Shown: positions 49,411-59,038 of the stretch, piece after piece | Numbering within the stretch: position 1 is the first letter of the stretch | Layout of the letters: the number at the start of each line of letters is the position of its first letter | Assembly: GCA_021324815.1 (NCBI GenBank) | Contig: JAJPIJ010000006.1 | Coordinates: 24,814-88,813, forward strand | DNA from: Gammaproteobacteria bacterium | GTDB lineage: Bacteria; Pseudomonadota; Gammaproteobacteria; JAJPIJ01 | Direction: 5' to 3' | Length of the DNA stretch: 64,000 nucleotides | Program-made: the position numbers and the translations under genes | Notes under the pieces: model-generated | What the model was told of the DNA's origin: nothing | The model's database searches: none | Seen by the model: the letters and a program-made list of their open reading frames with translations, nothing else

Positions 49411-49561
49411 CGCAGAAACGCGCCCGTAGCTCAGCTGGGTGAGCCGGAGAAGAAAACGCTCCGGTGGAGCGTTTTCCCGGCGAACGCCCGGTCAGGGATG
49501 ACCGGGCCGGGTAGTCGCTCCACGGATTGGATGAGATCGCAAACGTTGCCAGCGCAGAAAC
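49411..49561 (+). repeat. 28-bp perfect direct repeat (cgcagaaacGCGCCCGTAGCTCAGCTGG, copies at 49411-49438 and 49553-49580) bracketing a 114-nt highly structured insert; the upstream copy is a truncated tRNA-Arg 5' fragment
   Basis: Read directly from the sequence. The repeat spans 9 nt of tRNA-Arg 5' flank plus the first 19 nt of the tRNA. The insert contains the hairpin AAAACGCTCC-ggt-GGAGCGTTTT and a second hairpin CCCGGTCA-ggga-TGACCGGG. Confidence 0.6.
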
Positions 49562-49638
49562 GCGCCCGTAGCTCAGCTGGATAGAGTACCCGGCTTCGAA
49601 CCGGGTGGTCGGGGGTTCGACTCCCTCCGGGCGCGCCA
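49562..49638 (+). tRNA. tRNA-Arg (anticodon TCG)
   Basis: GCGCCCGTAGCTCAGCTGGATAGAGTACCCGGCTTCGAACCGGGTGGTCGGGGGTTCGACTCCCTCCGGGCGCGCCA. Cloverleaf with anticodon loop CTTCGAA. Close to E. coli argV apart from the anticodon. Confidence 0.85.
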
Positions 49639-49670
49639 TTCTGTTTCATCACGGGAATCGCGAAACCGCA

Positions 49671-50447
49671 TCAATGCGAACCGGAGCGGCCCGCACGTTG
49701 TGGAAAAATCATGATGCAGGCGAGCATGAAAAGAAGAAGAGCGATGGATGCGGAATAACGGCTTAATGCGAGCCCTCCAGAACCGACCGGTTTGTCGAGA
49801 AAGTCGCCGACAACCGCGCCCAGAGGTCTGGTCAGAATGAACGCCGTCCAGAAAAGCGTCGTACGCGAGAGGGATGTCCAATAGCGGGCCGCGACCACAA
49901 AACCCAGCAGGGTGCTGAATACAACCGCGCCACCTTCGTAGCCAAGCCCGGCGGTATCCGCGGTCCAATCGCCCAGCGCGGTGCCCAGTGTCTGGGAAAA
50001 CATGATGGTGACCCAATAAAATATTTCGGCTTTTGGAGTGCTCACTGTGTCGACGGATATGGAACCCAGTGTGCGGTGCCAAAGAAGCAGGGACATCATC
50101 AGCATGACGAGCAACAGCGAGGAACCGCCCGCGTAGCCTATGCCCAGAGATCGGTCCGCGAAATCAGCGAGTGTGGTTCCAACGGTTGTCGTGGCAATGA
50201 TGGTGGTCCAGTAAAGGAATGGATGAAACCGCCTGGCCATGATCTGCGCAAACACGGAAGCGAGGAAGATGACGGAAAAAATGGCCGTGCCTACGAGATA
50301 GCCCAGATTCATGGACATCGATACGGCGTCGCCGCCGGTTTCACCCAGGGTCGTTGCCGCGATTTTGATAATCCAAAAAATGAGCGTCACCTCGGGGACC
50401 TTGCTCAAATTTTTTTCCATCGAGTTCCTCGCTTCGGGTTCTGTCAT
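49671..50447 (-). CDS. Polytopic membrane protein built from three internal repeats (COG4705-like 'membrane-anchored protein'), lower GC than its surroundings
   Basis: Repeats …TLIFWIIKIAATTLGETGGDAVS…, …EIFYWVTIMFSQTLGTALGDWTAD…, …TLFWTAFILTRPLGAVVGDFLDK…. Candidate starts at 50447, 50420 and 50498. GC content is visibly lower (~55%). Confidence 0.5.
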   Translation of the reverse strand: MTEPEARNSMEKNLSKVPEVTLIFWIIKIAATTLGETGGDAVSMSMNLGYLVGTAIFSVIFLASVFAQIMARRFHPFLYWTTIIATTTVGTTLADFADRSLGIGYAGGSSLLLVMLMMSLLLWHRTLGSISVDTVSTPKAEIFYWVTIMFSQTLGTALGDWTADTAGLGYEGGAVVFSTLLGFVVAARYWTSLSRTTLFWTAFILTRPLGAVVGDFLDKPVGSGGLALSRYSASIALLLFMLACIMIFPQRAGRSGSH

Positions 50448-50555
50448 GTCATTTCCTGCGTCTTCGGATGACGCATTGCCGGACGGCAAGTTCCCCAAAG
50501 GGAGGGGACTTTCTCCGCGCCGTGCTGCACAGCGTGCTCACGCCGCCGGTGCGGC

Positions 50556-51417
50556 CTATCTCATCTGCTTGAGACGGATGGGGACGTTGTCGATGAGGCG
50601 CGCACTGCCGAGCCAGGCCGCGGCGAGGATGCGCAGCTCCCGGTCGCCGGGCTCCGGCGGCGCGAGGTCGGCGTTGCGGCGGACGCTGACATATTCGGGG
50701 CGGAAGCCGGCGCGCGCCAGCGTCGCCATGGCCTCCGCCTCGATGCCCTGATAGTTCAGGTCGCCGTTCTCGATCATCGCCGCCGCCGCCGACAGCACCT
50801 TGTAGATGAGCGTGGCCTTCCTGCGCTCCTCCGCATTCAGGTAGGCGTTGCGCGAACTCATCGCCAGCCCGTCCGGCTCGCGCACGATGGGCATGGCGAC
50901 GATCTCCACCGGCATGCAGAGGTCGTGCACCAGGCGCTTGATGACCAACACCTGCTGGTAATCCTTCTCGCCGAACAGCGCCACGTCCGGCTGCACCATG
51001 ATGAACAGCTTGGTGACGACGGTGGCGACGCCGGAAAAGTGCCCCGGACGGAAGGCGCCGCAGAGGATGTGATCGAGGATCGGCACGGTCACGCGCGTGT
51101 CGCGATCCGTGCCGCCGGGATAGAGATCATCGAGATTCGGCGCGAACAGAAGATCAAGTCCGTTGGCCGAAAGCTTCACGCTGTCGGATTCCAGCGTGCT
51201 GGGATAGCGCGCGTAATCCTCGCCCTTGCCGAACTGGATGGGGTTGACGAAGATCGACACCACCGTCCGGTCGGCGAGCGCGTGCGCCCGCTCCAGCAGC
51301 GACAGGTGGCCGTCATGCAGGTTGCCCATCGTCGGCACCAGCGCCACGCGCTGTCCGGCCCGCCGCCAGTCGCGGAGCACGTCGCGCAGCTTTTGTGGAT
51401 CTCTCACCGTCAGCATC
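50556..51417 (-). CDS. panC: Pantoate--beta-alanine ligase
   Basis: …VALVPTMGNLHDGHLSL… HIGH-type motif. The ATG at 51417 overlaps the panB stop. Confidence 0.9.
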
Positions 51418-52216
51418 AGTCGAAACCATGCTCGGCGGCGGGGAATTCGCCACTCTTCACCGCCCGCACGTAGGCGGCGATGGCCTCGGGAATGTTGCGG
51501 CAGTCGCCGTCGAGGAAATTCCGCGTGTGTTTGGTGGCGCGGCCGATGCCGAGCACGTCCTGCAACACCAGCACCTGCCCGTCGCAGTCCGGCCCCGCGC
51601 CGATGCCGATGACCGGGATGCTCAATTCCGAGGTGATCCGCGCCGCCAGCCGGCGCGGCACGCATTCCAGCACCAGCATCATCGCCCCCGCCGATTGCAG
51701 AATCTTCGCGTGTTCGCGGATGGCCTCCGCCTCCGTGGCGTCGCGGCCCTGCACGCGGTAGCCTCCCATGCGGTGCACGGACTGCGGCAGCAGGCCGAGA
51801 TGCGCGCAGACGGGAACGCCGCGCTCGCTCAAGAGCCTCACCGTGTCGGCGAGCCACGCGCCGCCCTCCATCTTGACCACCTCCGCCAGGCCCTCGCTCA
51901 TCAGGCGCGCGGCGTTGCCCAGCGCCTGCGCCGGCGAGGCGTAGCACATGTAGGGCATGTCCGCGACCCGCAGCGCGCGTTCGCAGCCGCGCGCGACGCA
52001 GGCGGCGTGATAAATCATGTCCGCAAGCGTCACCGGCACGGTGGACCCCAGGCCCTGCATCACCATGCCGAGCGAATCGCCAATCAGCGCCACCTCCACG
52101 CCGGCCTCGTCCAGCACGCGGGCGAAGGAGGCGTCATAGGCGGTGAGGCAGGCGATCTTTTCGCGCGCCTTTTTCATTTCGCGCAGGCGGTGCAGCGTGA
52201 TCTTGCCGGCGGTCAT
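51416..52216 (-). CDS. panB: 3-methyl-2-oxobutanoate hydroxymethyltransferase
   Basis: …KIACLTAYDASFARVLDEAGVEVALIGDSLGMV… The ATG at 52216 is internal to the longer listed ORF. Confidence 0.9.
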   Translation of the reverse strand: MTAGKITLHRLREMKKAREKIACLTAYDASFARVLDEAGVEVALIGDSLGMVMQGLGSTVPVTLADMIYHAACVARGCERALRVADMPYMCYASPAQALGNAARLMSEGLAEVVKMEGGAWLADTVRLLSERGVPVCAHLGLLPQSVHRMGGYRVQGRDATEAEAIREHAKILQSAGAMMLVLECVPRRLAARITSELSIPVIGIGAGPDCDGQVLVLQDVLGIGRATKHTRNFLDGDCRNIPEAIAAYVRAVKSGEFPAAEHGFD

Positions 52217-52227
52217 GGAGCGAAGCC

Positions 52228-52869
52228 CTAGTAACGCAGATTGACGTAATGCCGGCCCGGCGGCGCCTGGCGCACGCGCTCCAGCAACGCCGCGCAATCG
52301 GCCTCGTCATTGGCGAGATCGATCTCGGTGGCGTTGACGATCAGGAGCGGCGCGGCGTCATAGTGATGAAAGAAGCGCACATAGGCCTCCACGAGCCGGT
52401 TCAGATAATCCTCGCTGATGCGGCGTTCATACGCCACGCCCCGCCGCGCGATGCGCTGGAGCAGCACCGGCGCCGGCGCCTGCAGATAAATCACGAGGTC
52501 GGGCGCGGCCGCCTCGACGGCGAGATGTTTCTCCACCTGATTGTACAGGTTCAGTTCCTCGGGAGTCAGCGTCAGCTCGGCAAACAGGCGATCCTTTTCC
52601 AGCAGAAAATCGCCGACCCGCACCGGCGTGAACAGGTCGGCCTGCTGCAGCGATTGAATCTGCCGCGTCCGCTGGAACAGGAAGAAAAGCTGGGTGGGCA
52701 GGGCGTAGCGGCGCGGCTGCTCGTAGAAGTGCGGCAGGAAGGGATTCTCCTCCGGCGACTCCAGCATCGGCTCGCAGCCGAGCGATTGCGCGAGGCGCCG
52801 GGCCAGCGTGGTCTTGCCGACGCCGACCGGACCCTCGATGACGATGTACTTTCCCGCCGCTTCGTTCAT
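52228..52869 (-). CDS. Deoxynucleoside kinase family protein (P-loop)
   Basis: …YIVIEGPVGVGKTTLARRLAQ… plus dNK-type lid motifs. Inserted between folK and panB. Confidence 0.7.
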   Translation of the reverse strand: MNEAAGKYIVIEGPVGVGKTTLARRLAQSLGCEPMLESPEENPFLPHFYEQPRRYALPTQLFFLFQRTRQIQSLQQADLFTPVRVGDFLLEKDRLFAELTLTPEELNLYNQVEKHLAVEAAAPDLVIYLQAPAPVLLQRIARRGVAYERRISEDYLNRLVEAYVRFFHHYDAAPLLIVNATEIDLANDEADCAALLERVRQAPPGRHYVNLRY

Positions 52870-53360
52870 GCCGTCAGCCGTTCGATGCCGGTGCGATCGC
52901 AGTTCCGCACCAGATCGCGCAGGGCACCCCGGCCCGGCACGACAAGATCGGGCGCCAGTTCAAAGAGCGGCAGCAGCACGAAGGCGCGCTCGGCGATGCC
53001 GGGATGCGGCACGGTCAGCCGCGCATCACTCAACACCGCCTCGCCGTAGAGCAGGATGTCGAGGTCGAGGATGCGCGGTCCCCAGCGGCTGCCGTCACGG
53101 ATGCGGCCGTGGGCGCGCTCGATGGCCAGCAGTTCATCGAGCAACTCGTGCGCGGAAAGCCGCGTGTCGATCGCGGCGGCGGCGTTGATGTAGGCCGGCT
53201 GCGGCGCGGGACCCATCGGCGGCGTGCGATACAGGGCGGAGGCGCCGCGCCAGGCCGACTGGCGCAGCCGGGCGAGATGTTTCAACCCGCTTTCGACCTG
53301 GGCCCGCGGATCGTCGAGATTGCTGCCCAGGGCGATGTAGGCGCGCACCGCCGCGGTCAC
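52866..53360 (-). CDS. folK: 2-amino-4-hydroxy-6-hydroxymethyldihydropteridine diphosphokinase
   Basis: …YIALGSNLDDPRAQVESGLKHL…WGPRILDLDILLYG… GTG start at 53360 is inferred. The listed ORF has an Arg/Pro-rich extension. Confidence 0.8.
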   Translation of the reverse strand: MTAAVRAYIALGSNLDDPRAQVESGLKHLARLRQSAWRGASALYRTPPMGPAPQPAYINAAAAIDTRLSAHELLDELLAIERAHGRIRDGSRWGPRILDLDILLYGEAVLSDARLTVPHPGIAERAFVLLPLFELAPDLVVPGRGALRDLVRNCDRTGIERLTA

Positions 53361-54706
53361 GCGGGCGCGCCCTGCCCGCCGTGGCGGCGCCGCCGGCCGC
53401 CCCGGCGTTTGCGCCCGCCGCCCGGCGGTTTCGGCAGGGCCGCGATCATCTCCGCGCGCCGGCCCTCGGAGGCGTCCTGGAATTCCGTCCACCAATCCGC
53501 GGCCTCGCGCACGGCCTCGCCGGCCTCGGCGCGCATCAGCAGGAAATCATAGCCGGCGCGGAAGCGCGGATGCATGAGGGTGCGCAGCACGGCGCGCGGG
53601 GGACGGTTCTCCAGCGGGTGTTGCAGCAGCCAGATCTCGCGCGCCATTTGCGTGAAACGGCGCGGCACCGCCACGCGCGCGATTTGGCGGGAGATGGCGT
53701 CGTCCTGCGCCAGCTGCGCCGCCTGCGCCGGGGGATGATCCTGCGCCTGATACTGCCGCGCGCGCCGCTGCACCGGCGCCCACAGGAGCGCCGCCAGCAG
53801 GAACGCCGGCGTCACCGGTTTGTCCTCCGCCAGCCGGCGATCGGTGTTTTCCAGCGCCTTGACGAGCAGCATCTTGGGGAAGCCGCCCTCCTCCTCGGCC
53901 AGCGCCTCCTCCACGTCGGGAAACAGGCGGCTGAACAGGCCGTAGTGGCGCAGCAGTTCGAAGCTTTGCACCGCCGTGCCGCCGAGGAAGAGCTTCAGCA
54001 TCTCCTCGAACAATCGCGACGGCGAGATGGCGTCCAGCAGTTCGCCCAGTACATGCAGCGGCGCCTCGGTGTCCGGATGCATGCGGAAGCCGAGCTTGGC
54101 GGCGAAGCGCACGGCGCGCAGCAGGCGCACCGGGTCCTCGCGGTAGCGCACGAGGGGATCACCGATCAATCGCAACCGCCCGGCGGCGATGTCGGCGACG
54201 CCGCCGACGTAATCGACGACGGAAAAATCCTCGATGTTGTAATACAGGGCGTTGGCGGTGAAGTCGCGCCGCCAGACGTCCTCATCGATGGTGCCGTAGA
54301 CGTTGTCGCGCAGGATGCGGCCGTCCTCCTCGACCACGCGGGCGTCGCCGCCGCCGGCATGGGCGTGGGCGCGGAAGGTGGCGACCTCGATGATCTCGGG
54401 GCCGAAGTGCACGTGCGCGAGACGGAAGCGGCGGCCGATCAGCCGGCAGTTGCGGAACAACCCGCGCACCTGCTCCGGCAGCGCGTTGGTGGCGACGTCG
54501 AAGTCCTTCGGCTCGCGGCCGAGCAGCAGGTCGCGCACGCTGCCGCCGACCAGGTACGCCTGGTAGCCGGCGTTCCTCAGGCGGTAGAGCACCTTGAGGG
54601 CGTGCTCGGAGATGTTGTCGCGCGAGATGTTGTGCTCCGCGCGCGGAATGATGCGCGGCGCGACCGGCAGGCGCTCGACGGAGGCGGGAGGGGCCGATGA
54701 GATCAT
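53357..54706 (-). CDS. pcnB: Poly(A) polymerase I
   Basis: …ISRDNISEHALKVLYRLRNAGYQAYLVGGSVRDLLLGREPKDFDVAT… The ATG at 54706 aligns with the E. coli PcnB start. Confidence 0.85.
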   Translation of the reverse strand: MISSAPPASVERLPVAPRIIPRAEHNISRDNISEHALKVLYRLRNAGYQAYLVGGSVRDLLLGREPKDFDVATNALPEQVRGLFRNCRLIGRRFRLAHVHFGPEIIEVATFRAHAHAGGGDARVVEEDGRILRDNVYGTIDEDVWRRDFTANALYYNIEDFSVVDYVGGVADIAAGRLRLIGDPLVRYREDPVRLLRAVRFAAKLGFRMHPDTEAPLHVLGELLDAISPSRLFEEMLKLFLGGTAVQSFELLRHYGLFSRLFPDVEEALAEEEGGFPKMLLVKALENTDRRLAEDKPVTPAFLLAALLWAPVQRRARQYQAQDHPPAQAAQLAQDDAISRQIARVAVPRRFTQMAREIWLLQHPLENRPPRAVLRTLMHPRFRAGYDFLLMRAEAGEAVREAADWWTEFQDASEGRRAEMIAALPKPPGGGRKRRGGRRRRHGGQGAPA

Positions 54707-54861
54707 GGTGGACAAGTCAACCCCGGGCGAACAGCAGTCCGGCGGGACATCGGGTCGAAATGGTGCAGAGTGGGTCTGGAAATAAAAATCAATGATTGAG
54801 ATGGGCGGACAGGCGCTTATAATAGCACCGTTTAACGCCTCCAATCAGAAAATCGTCTTTC

Positions 54862-54937
54862 GCTCCCTTCGTCTAGCGGCCCAGGACGTCGCCCTCTCAC
54901 GGCGAAAACGCGGGTTCGATTCCCGCAGGGAGCGCCA
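54862..54937 (+). tRNA. tRNA-Glu (anticodon CTC)
   Basis: GCTCCCTTCGTCTAGCGGCCCAGGACGTCGCCCTCTCACGGCGAAAACGCGGGTTCGATTCCCGCAGGGAGCGCCA. Cloverleaf with anticodon loop CTCTCAC. Close to E. coli tRNA-Glu. Confidence 0.85.
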
Positions 54938-55037
54938 TCGGGATACACGCGGATACATTTGCATACTGCCCGCGGGAGGTTGATTTGGATAACATTCCCG
55001 GGTGGAGGAAAATTGCCGCCGGTGCGCGGCGTGTTGA

Positions 55038-56078
55038 ATGCGCGCCCGCGGTGGCATGTCTACACCCGATGGACCCGCAAATAGAGCCGGCACGTTGAAG
55101 AATGCGATTTTCCTGGGTTTGGTCGCGGGACTGGCGCTCGCCGCCGGCCTATTGATCAATTCGGGGCTCGCGGACGTCGGGCATGCGATCGCCGTGGGCG
55201 GCTGGCCGGCGCTGCTGGCGGTCACGGTTTTGCATCTCCCCTCCATGGTGCTGTGCGGGCTGGCGTGGCATCAGGTGTCCTTCGCCGCCGGCAATCCGAT
55301 CGGCCTGTTCGCCGCCGCGCGCCTGGTTCGGGACGGCGCCGGCAGCGTGATCGCGGTGTTGCCGATCAGCGGCGAGCTCGCCGGCATGCGGGCCCTGGTC
55401 TGCTGCGGGTTCACCGCGTCCGACGCCATCGCCAGCGTGGTCGTCGACGTCACCATGGAGCTCTTAAGCCAGGTGGCGTTTTCCATCATCGGCGTGGCGC
55501 TGTTGTACTGGCAGAACCCGCAGGATCCAATCATTAAAACCGCCGCCCTCGGCATCGCGGTGGCGGTGCCGGCGGTGTTCGGTTTCATGAAGATGCAGCG
55601 CTCCGGCCTGCTGAGCGGGCTCGAGCAGCTGTCCTTCAAGCTGGCGGAGGCGCAGCAATGGCCGGCCGCGCGCGGCGTGTCGAGGATCGAGGCGGCCATC
55701 CACGGCCTCTATCTCCGCCGGCGCCGGGTCTGGCGCGCCTTTACGCTGCACCTGCTGGCCTGGATCGCCGGCGCCGCCGAGGCATGGGCCGGCCTGTGGT
55801 TCCTGGGGCACCCGCTGGCGGTCTGGCAGGTGCTGGCCATCGAGAGTCTGGTCTATGCCATCCGCACGGTGGTGTTTTTCGTGCCGGCCGCGGTCGGCGT
55901 GCAGGAGGGGAGCTACGTGATGCTGGGCGCGATCTTCGGCCTGGGGCCGCAGGTGGCGCTGGCGATCTCGTTGCTCAAGCGCGGGCGCGAGCTGGCGCTG
56001 GCGGTGCCGGCGATGTTGATGTGGCATCTCCTGGAGAGCAGGCTGATGTTGCGGCGGCGGACGCCGTCGCCGGATTGA
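55038..56078 (+). CDS. Flippase-like / lysylphosphatidylglycerol-synthase transmembrane-domain family protein (HpnL-like), ~8 TM
   Basis: Polytopic 346-aa protein with the pattern of the UPF0104/LPG-synthase TM region. An alternative start is the ATG at 55056. Confidence 0.6.
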   Translation: MRARGGMSTPDGPANRAGTLKNAIFLGLVAGLALAAGLLINSGLADVGHAIAVGGWPALLAVTVLHLPSMVLCGLAWHQVSFAAGNPIGLFAAARLVRDGAGSVIAVLPISGELAGMRALVCCGFTASDAIASVVVDVTMELLSQVAFSIIGVALLYWQNPQDPIIKTAALGIAVAVPAVFGFMKMQRSGLLSGLEQLSFKLAEAQQWPAARGVSRIEAAIHGLYLRRRRVWRAFTLHLLAWIAGAAEAWAGLWFLGHPLAVWQVLAIESLVYAIRTVVFFVPAAVGVQEGSYVMLGAIFGLGPQVALAISLLKRGRELALAVPAMLMWHLLESRLMLRRRTPSPD

Positions 56079-57312
56079 AGGTCGGGATGCCCGCCGGCGC
56101 GGTTCCGTCTGCCAGGGGGTGAACGGCCATCTGCAGGCCCTTTTCGGCCCGCAGGACATGCCCGCCCCAGCGCATCGACCGCGAGGCGAAGCTGGCCAGC
56201 CAGACGTTGAAGGTGAGACATTCACGCACCAGCAGCATGCCCAGGGATGCGTGCCGCCGGCATCCCAGCCGCCCGGAGACCACGATGTCCAGTTGCTGTT
56301 TCAGGGCGGCATGCAGCAGCAGCAGAACCAGATAGCTCAATCGGAAGTGCGGCCACAGCAACAGCACCGAGCACGGCAGCAGCCCATGCATCACCAGGGC
56401 GCAGGCATGGGCCAGCGGACGGCAGGCCCGCAGCGAGCGCATCCACCGCAGTTCGTGCTCGAACAGCGTTTCAACGCCGTCCTCGGCGACGATCGTGCCG
56501 ACGACATAAGGCGCCAGCCGCAGGCGGAAGCCCGCCCCGCGCAGGAGCCTGCCCAGCACGTCGTCCTCGGCGACGGCGGACGCCAGGGCGCGAAATCCAC
56601 CGGCGCTTTCGAGCGAACGGCGCGTCACCGCCATCACCGCCCCGTAGAGCAGGTCGATCTCCCGCAGGCCGGAATCCACCAGCATCGAGGGCAGCAGCCA
56701 GTTGTTGATGTGCATGGCGCCGAGTCGCGAGGCCAGGTTCTCGACCGGCTCGCCCTTGTACAGGCAGGTGACCCCGCCCACACCGTCCTCCGACAGCGGC
56801 GCGACCACCGTGGTGAGGAAGGCCGGATCCACCTTCACGTCGCTGTCCACCATGACGATGACGTCATGCCGGACGGCGCGGTACATGTTGGCGAGATTGG
56901 AGACCTTGGGATTGGAACCGATGCGGGCGTCGTCCACGACCAAGGCCGCATCCAGGTGCGGCAACTCGGACATGATCCTTTCGATCACGCCGCGGCCGGC
57001 GTCATCGGCGCGGTGAAGCCCGAACACCACCTGGTACACGGGATAATCCTGCTCGCAGCAGGAGCGCAGGCATTCATAAAGGCCGCGCGGCGCGCCGCAC
57101 ACCGGCAGCATGATCGTCACCGGCGGCTGGAAGGGGGAGGTGAACAGCCGGCGCTCATGGAAACGCGACATGCGCCACAGGGCCACCATCAGATAGGCGA
57201 TGCTGGCCAGCGACAACAGGACGCCGGCGGCGTGCACGCGGCTCATGTGATAGAAGGCGTGATGATGATGGGCGTGCCAATGGCCCCAATGATGGAGTGC
57301 GTAATAGTCCAA
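55975..57312 (-). CDS. Membrane-bound GT2 glycosyltransferase (HpnI-like / ceramide-glucosyltransferase-like) with His-rich N-terminus
   Basis: …PVTIMLPVCGAP…VVFGLHRADDAGR…DSDVKVDP… GT2 DxD-type motifs, flanked by TM segments. The N-terminus is MDYYALHHWGHWHAHHHHAFYH when the TTG at 57312 is taken as start. Its last 104 bp overlap the convergent HpnL-like gene. Confidence 0.6.
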   Translation of the reverse strand: MDYYALHHWGHWHAHHHHAFYHMSRVHAAGVLLSLASIAYLMVALWRMSRFHERRLFTSPFQPPVTIMLPVCGAPRGLYECLRSCCEQDYPVYQVVFGLHRADDAGRGVIERIMSELPHLDAALVVDDARIGSNPKVSNLANMYRAVRHDVIVMVDSDVKVDPAFLTTVVAPLSEDGVGGVTCLYKGEPVENLASRLGAMHINNWLLPSMLVDSGLREIDLLYGAVMAVTRRSLESAGGFRALASAVAEDDVLGRLLRGAGFRLRLAPYVVGTIVAEDGVETLFEHELRWMRSLRACRPLAHACALVMHGLLPCSVLLLWPHFRLSYLVLLLLHAALKQQLDIVVSGRLGCRRHASLGMLLVRECLTFNVWLASFASRSMRWGGHVLRAEKGLQMAVHPLADGTAPAGIPTFNPATASAAATSACSPGDATSTSPAPPAPARARA

Positions 57313-57465
57313 GGTTGCCGCCCCTGTCGTGGTTGGTTCTTCCCGGCTCGTGACGCTTGAAACACTAAAGCCAGCTTGGACGGGAGCGGGCCCCGCAACC
57401 GTCCCTCATCATGCACGCCGCGCTCGTGTCCCCTGCCGCAAAAACACAATTGCCGGTGGACAAAC

Positions 57466-57480
57466 GCAAATCACATGCCG
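57466..57480 (-). promoter_or_regulatory. Candidate sigma-54 promoter (minus strand) CGGCATgtgatTTGC upstream of the GT2 gene
   Basis: Reverse complement of 57466-57480. GG and GC are spaced exactly as in the consensus. It lies between the NtrC-type regulator gene and the GT2 gene on the same strand. Confidence 0.4.
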
Positions 57481-57667
57481 GAATTGCAACCGTATGTTCT
57501 GATGAGCGCGGCAGGCACCGGCGGGGGCGGCAGCCCGCAGGATATTGCAGACCGCGCAAAAAATGTCTGCAACGAGTGGGCGGAATGACGGGATGACCCG
57601 TGCCGCTCCCCGGGTATGACGGATCTGGAACGCTTCCGCGCGGGTTAACGTCAGCGCCGCGTATGTG

Positions 57668-59034
<1,367 letters not shown>

Positions 59035-59038
<4 letters not shown>

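Noticed and set aside
53381-54700. 439-aa plus-strand ORF inside pcnB
   Set aside because: Antisense shadow ORF; pcnB identity is clear.
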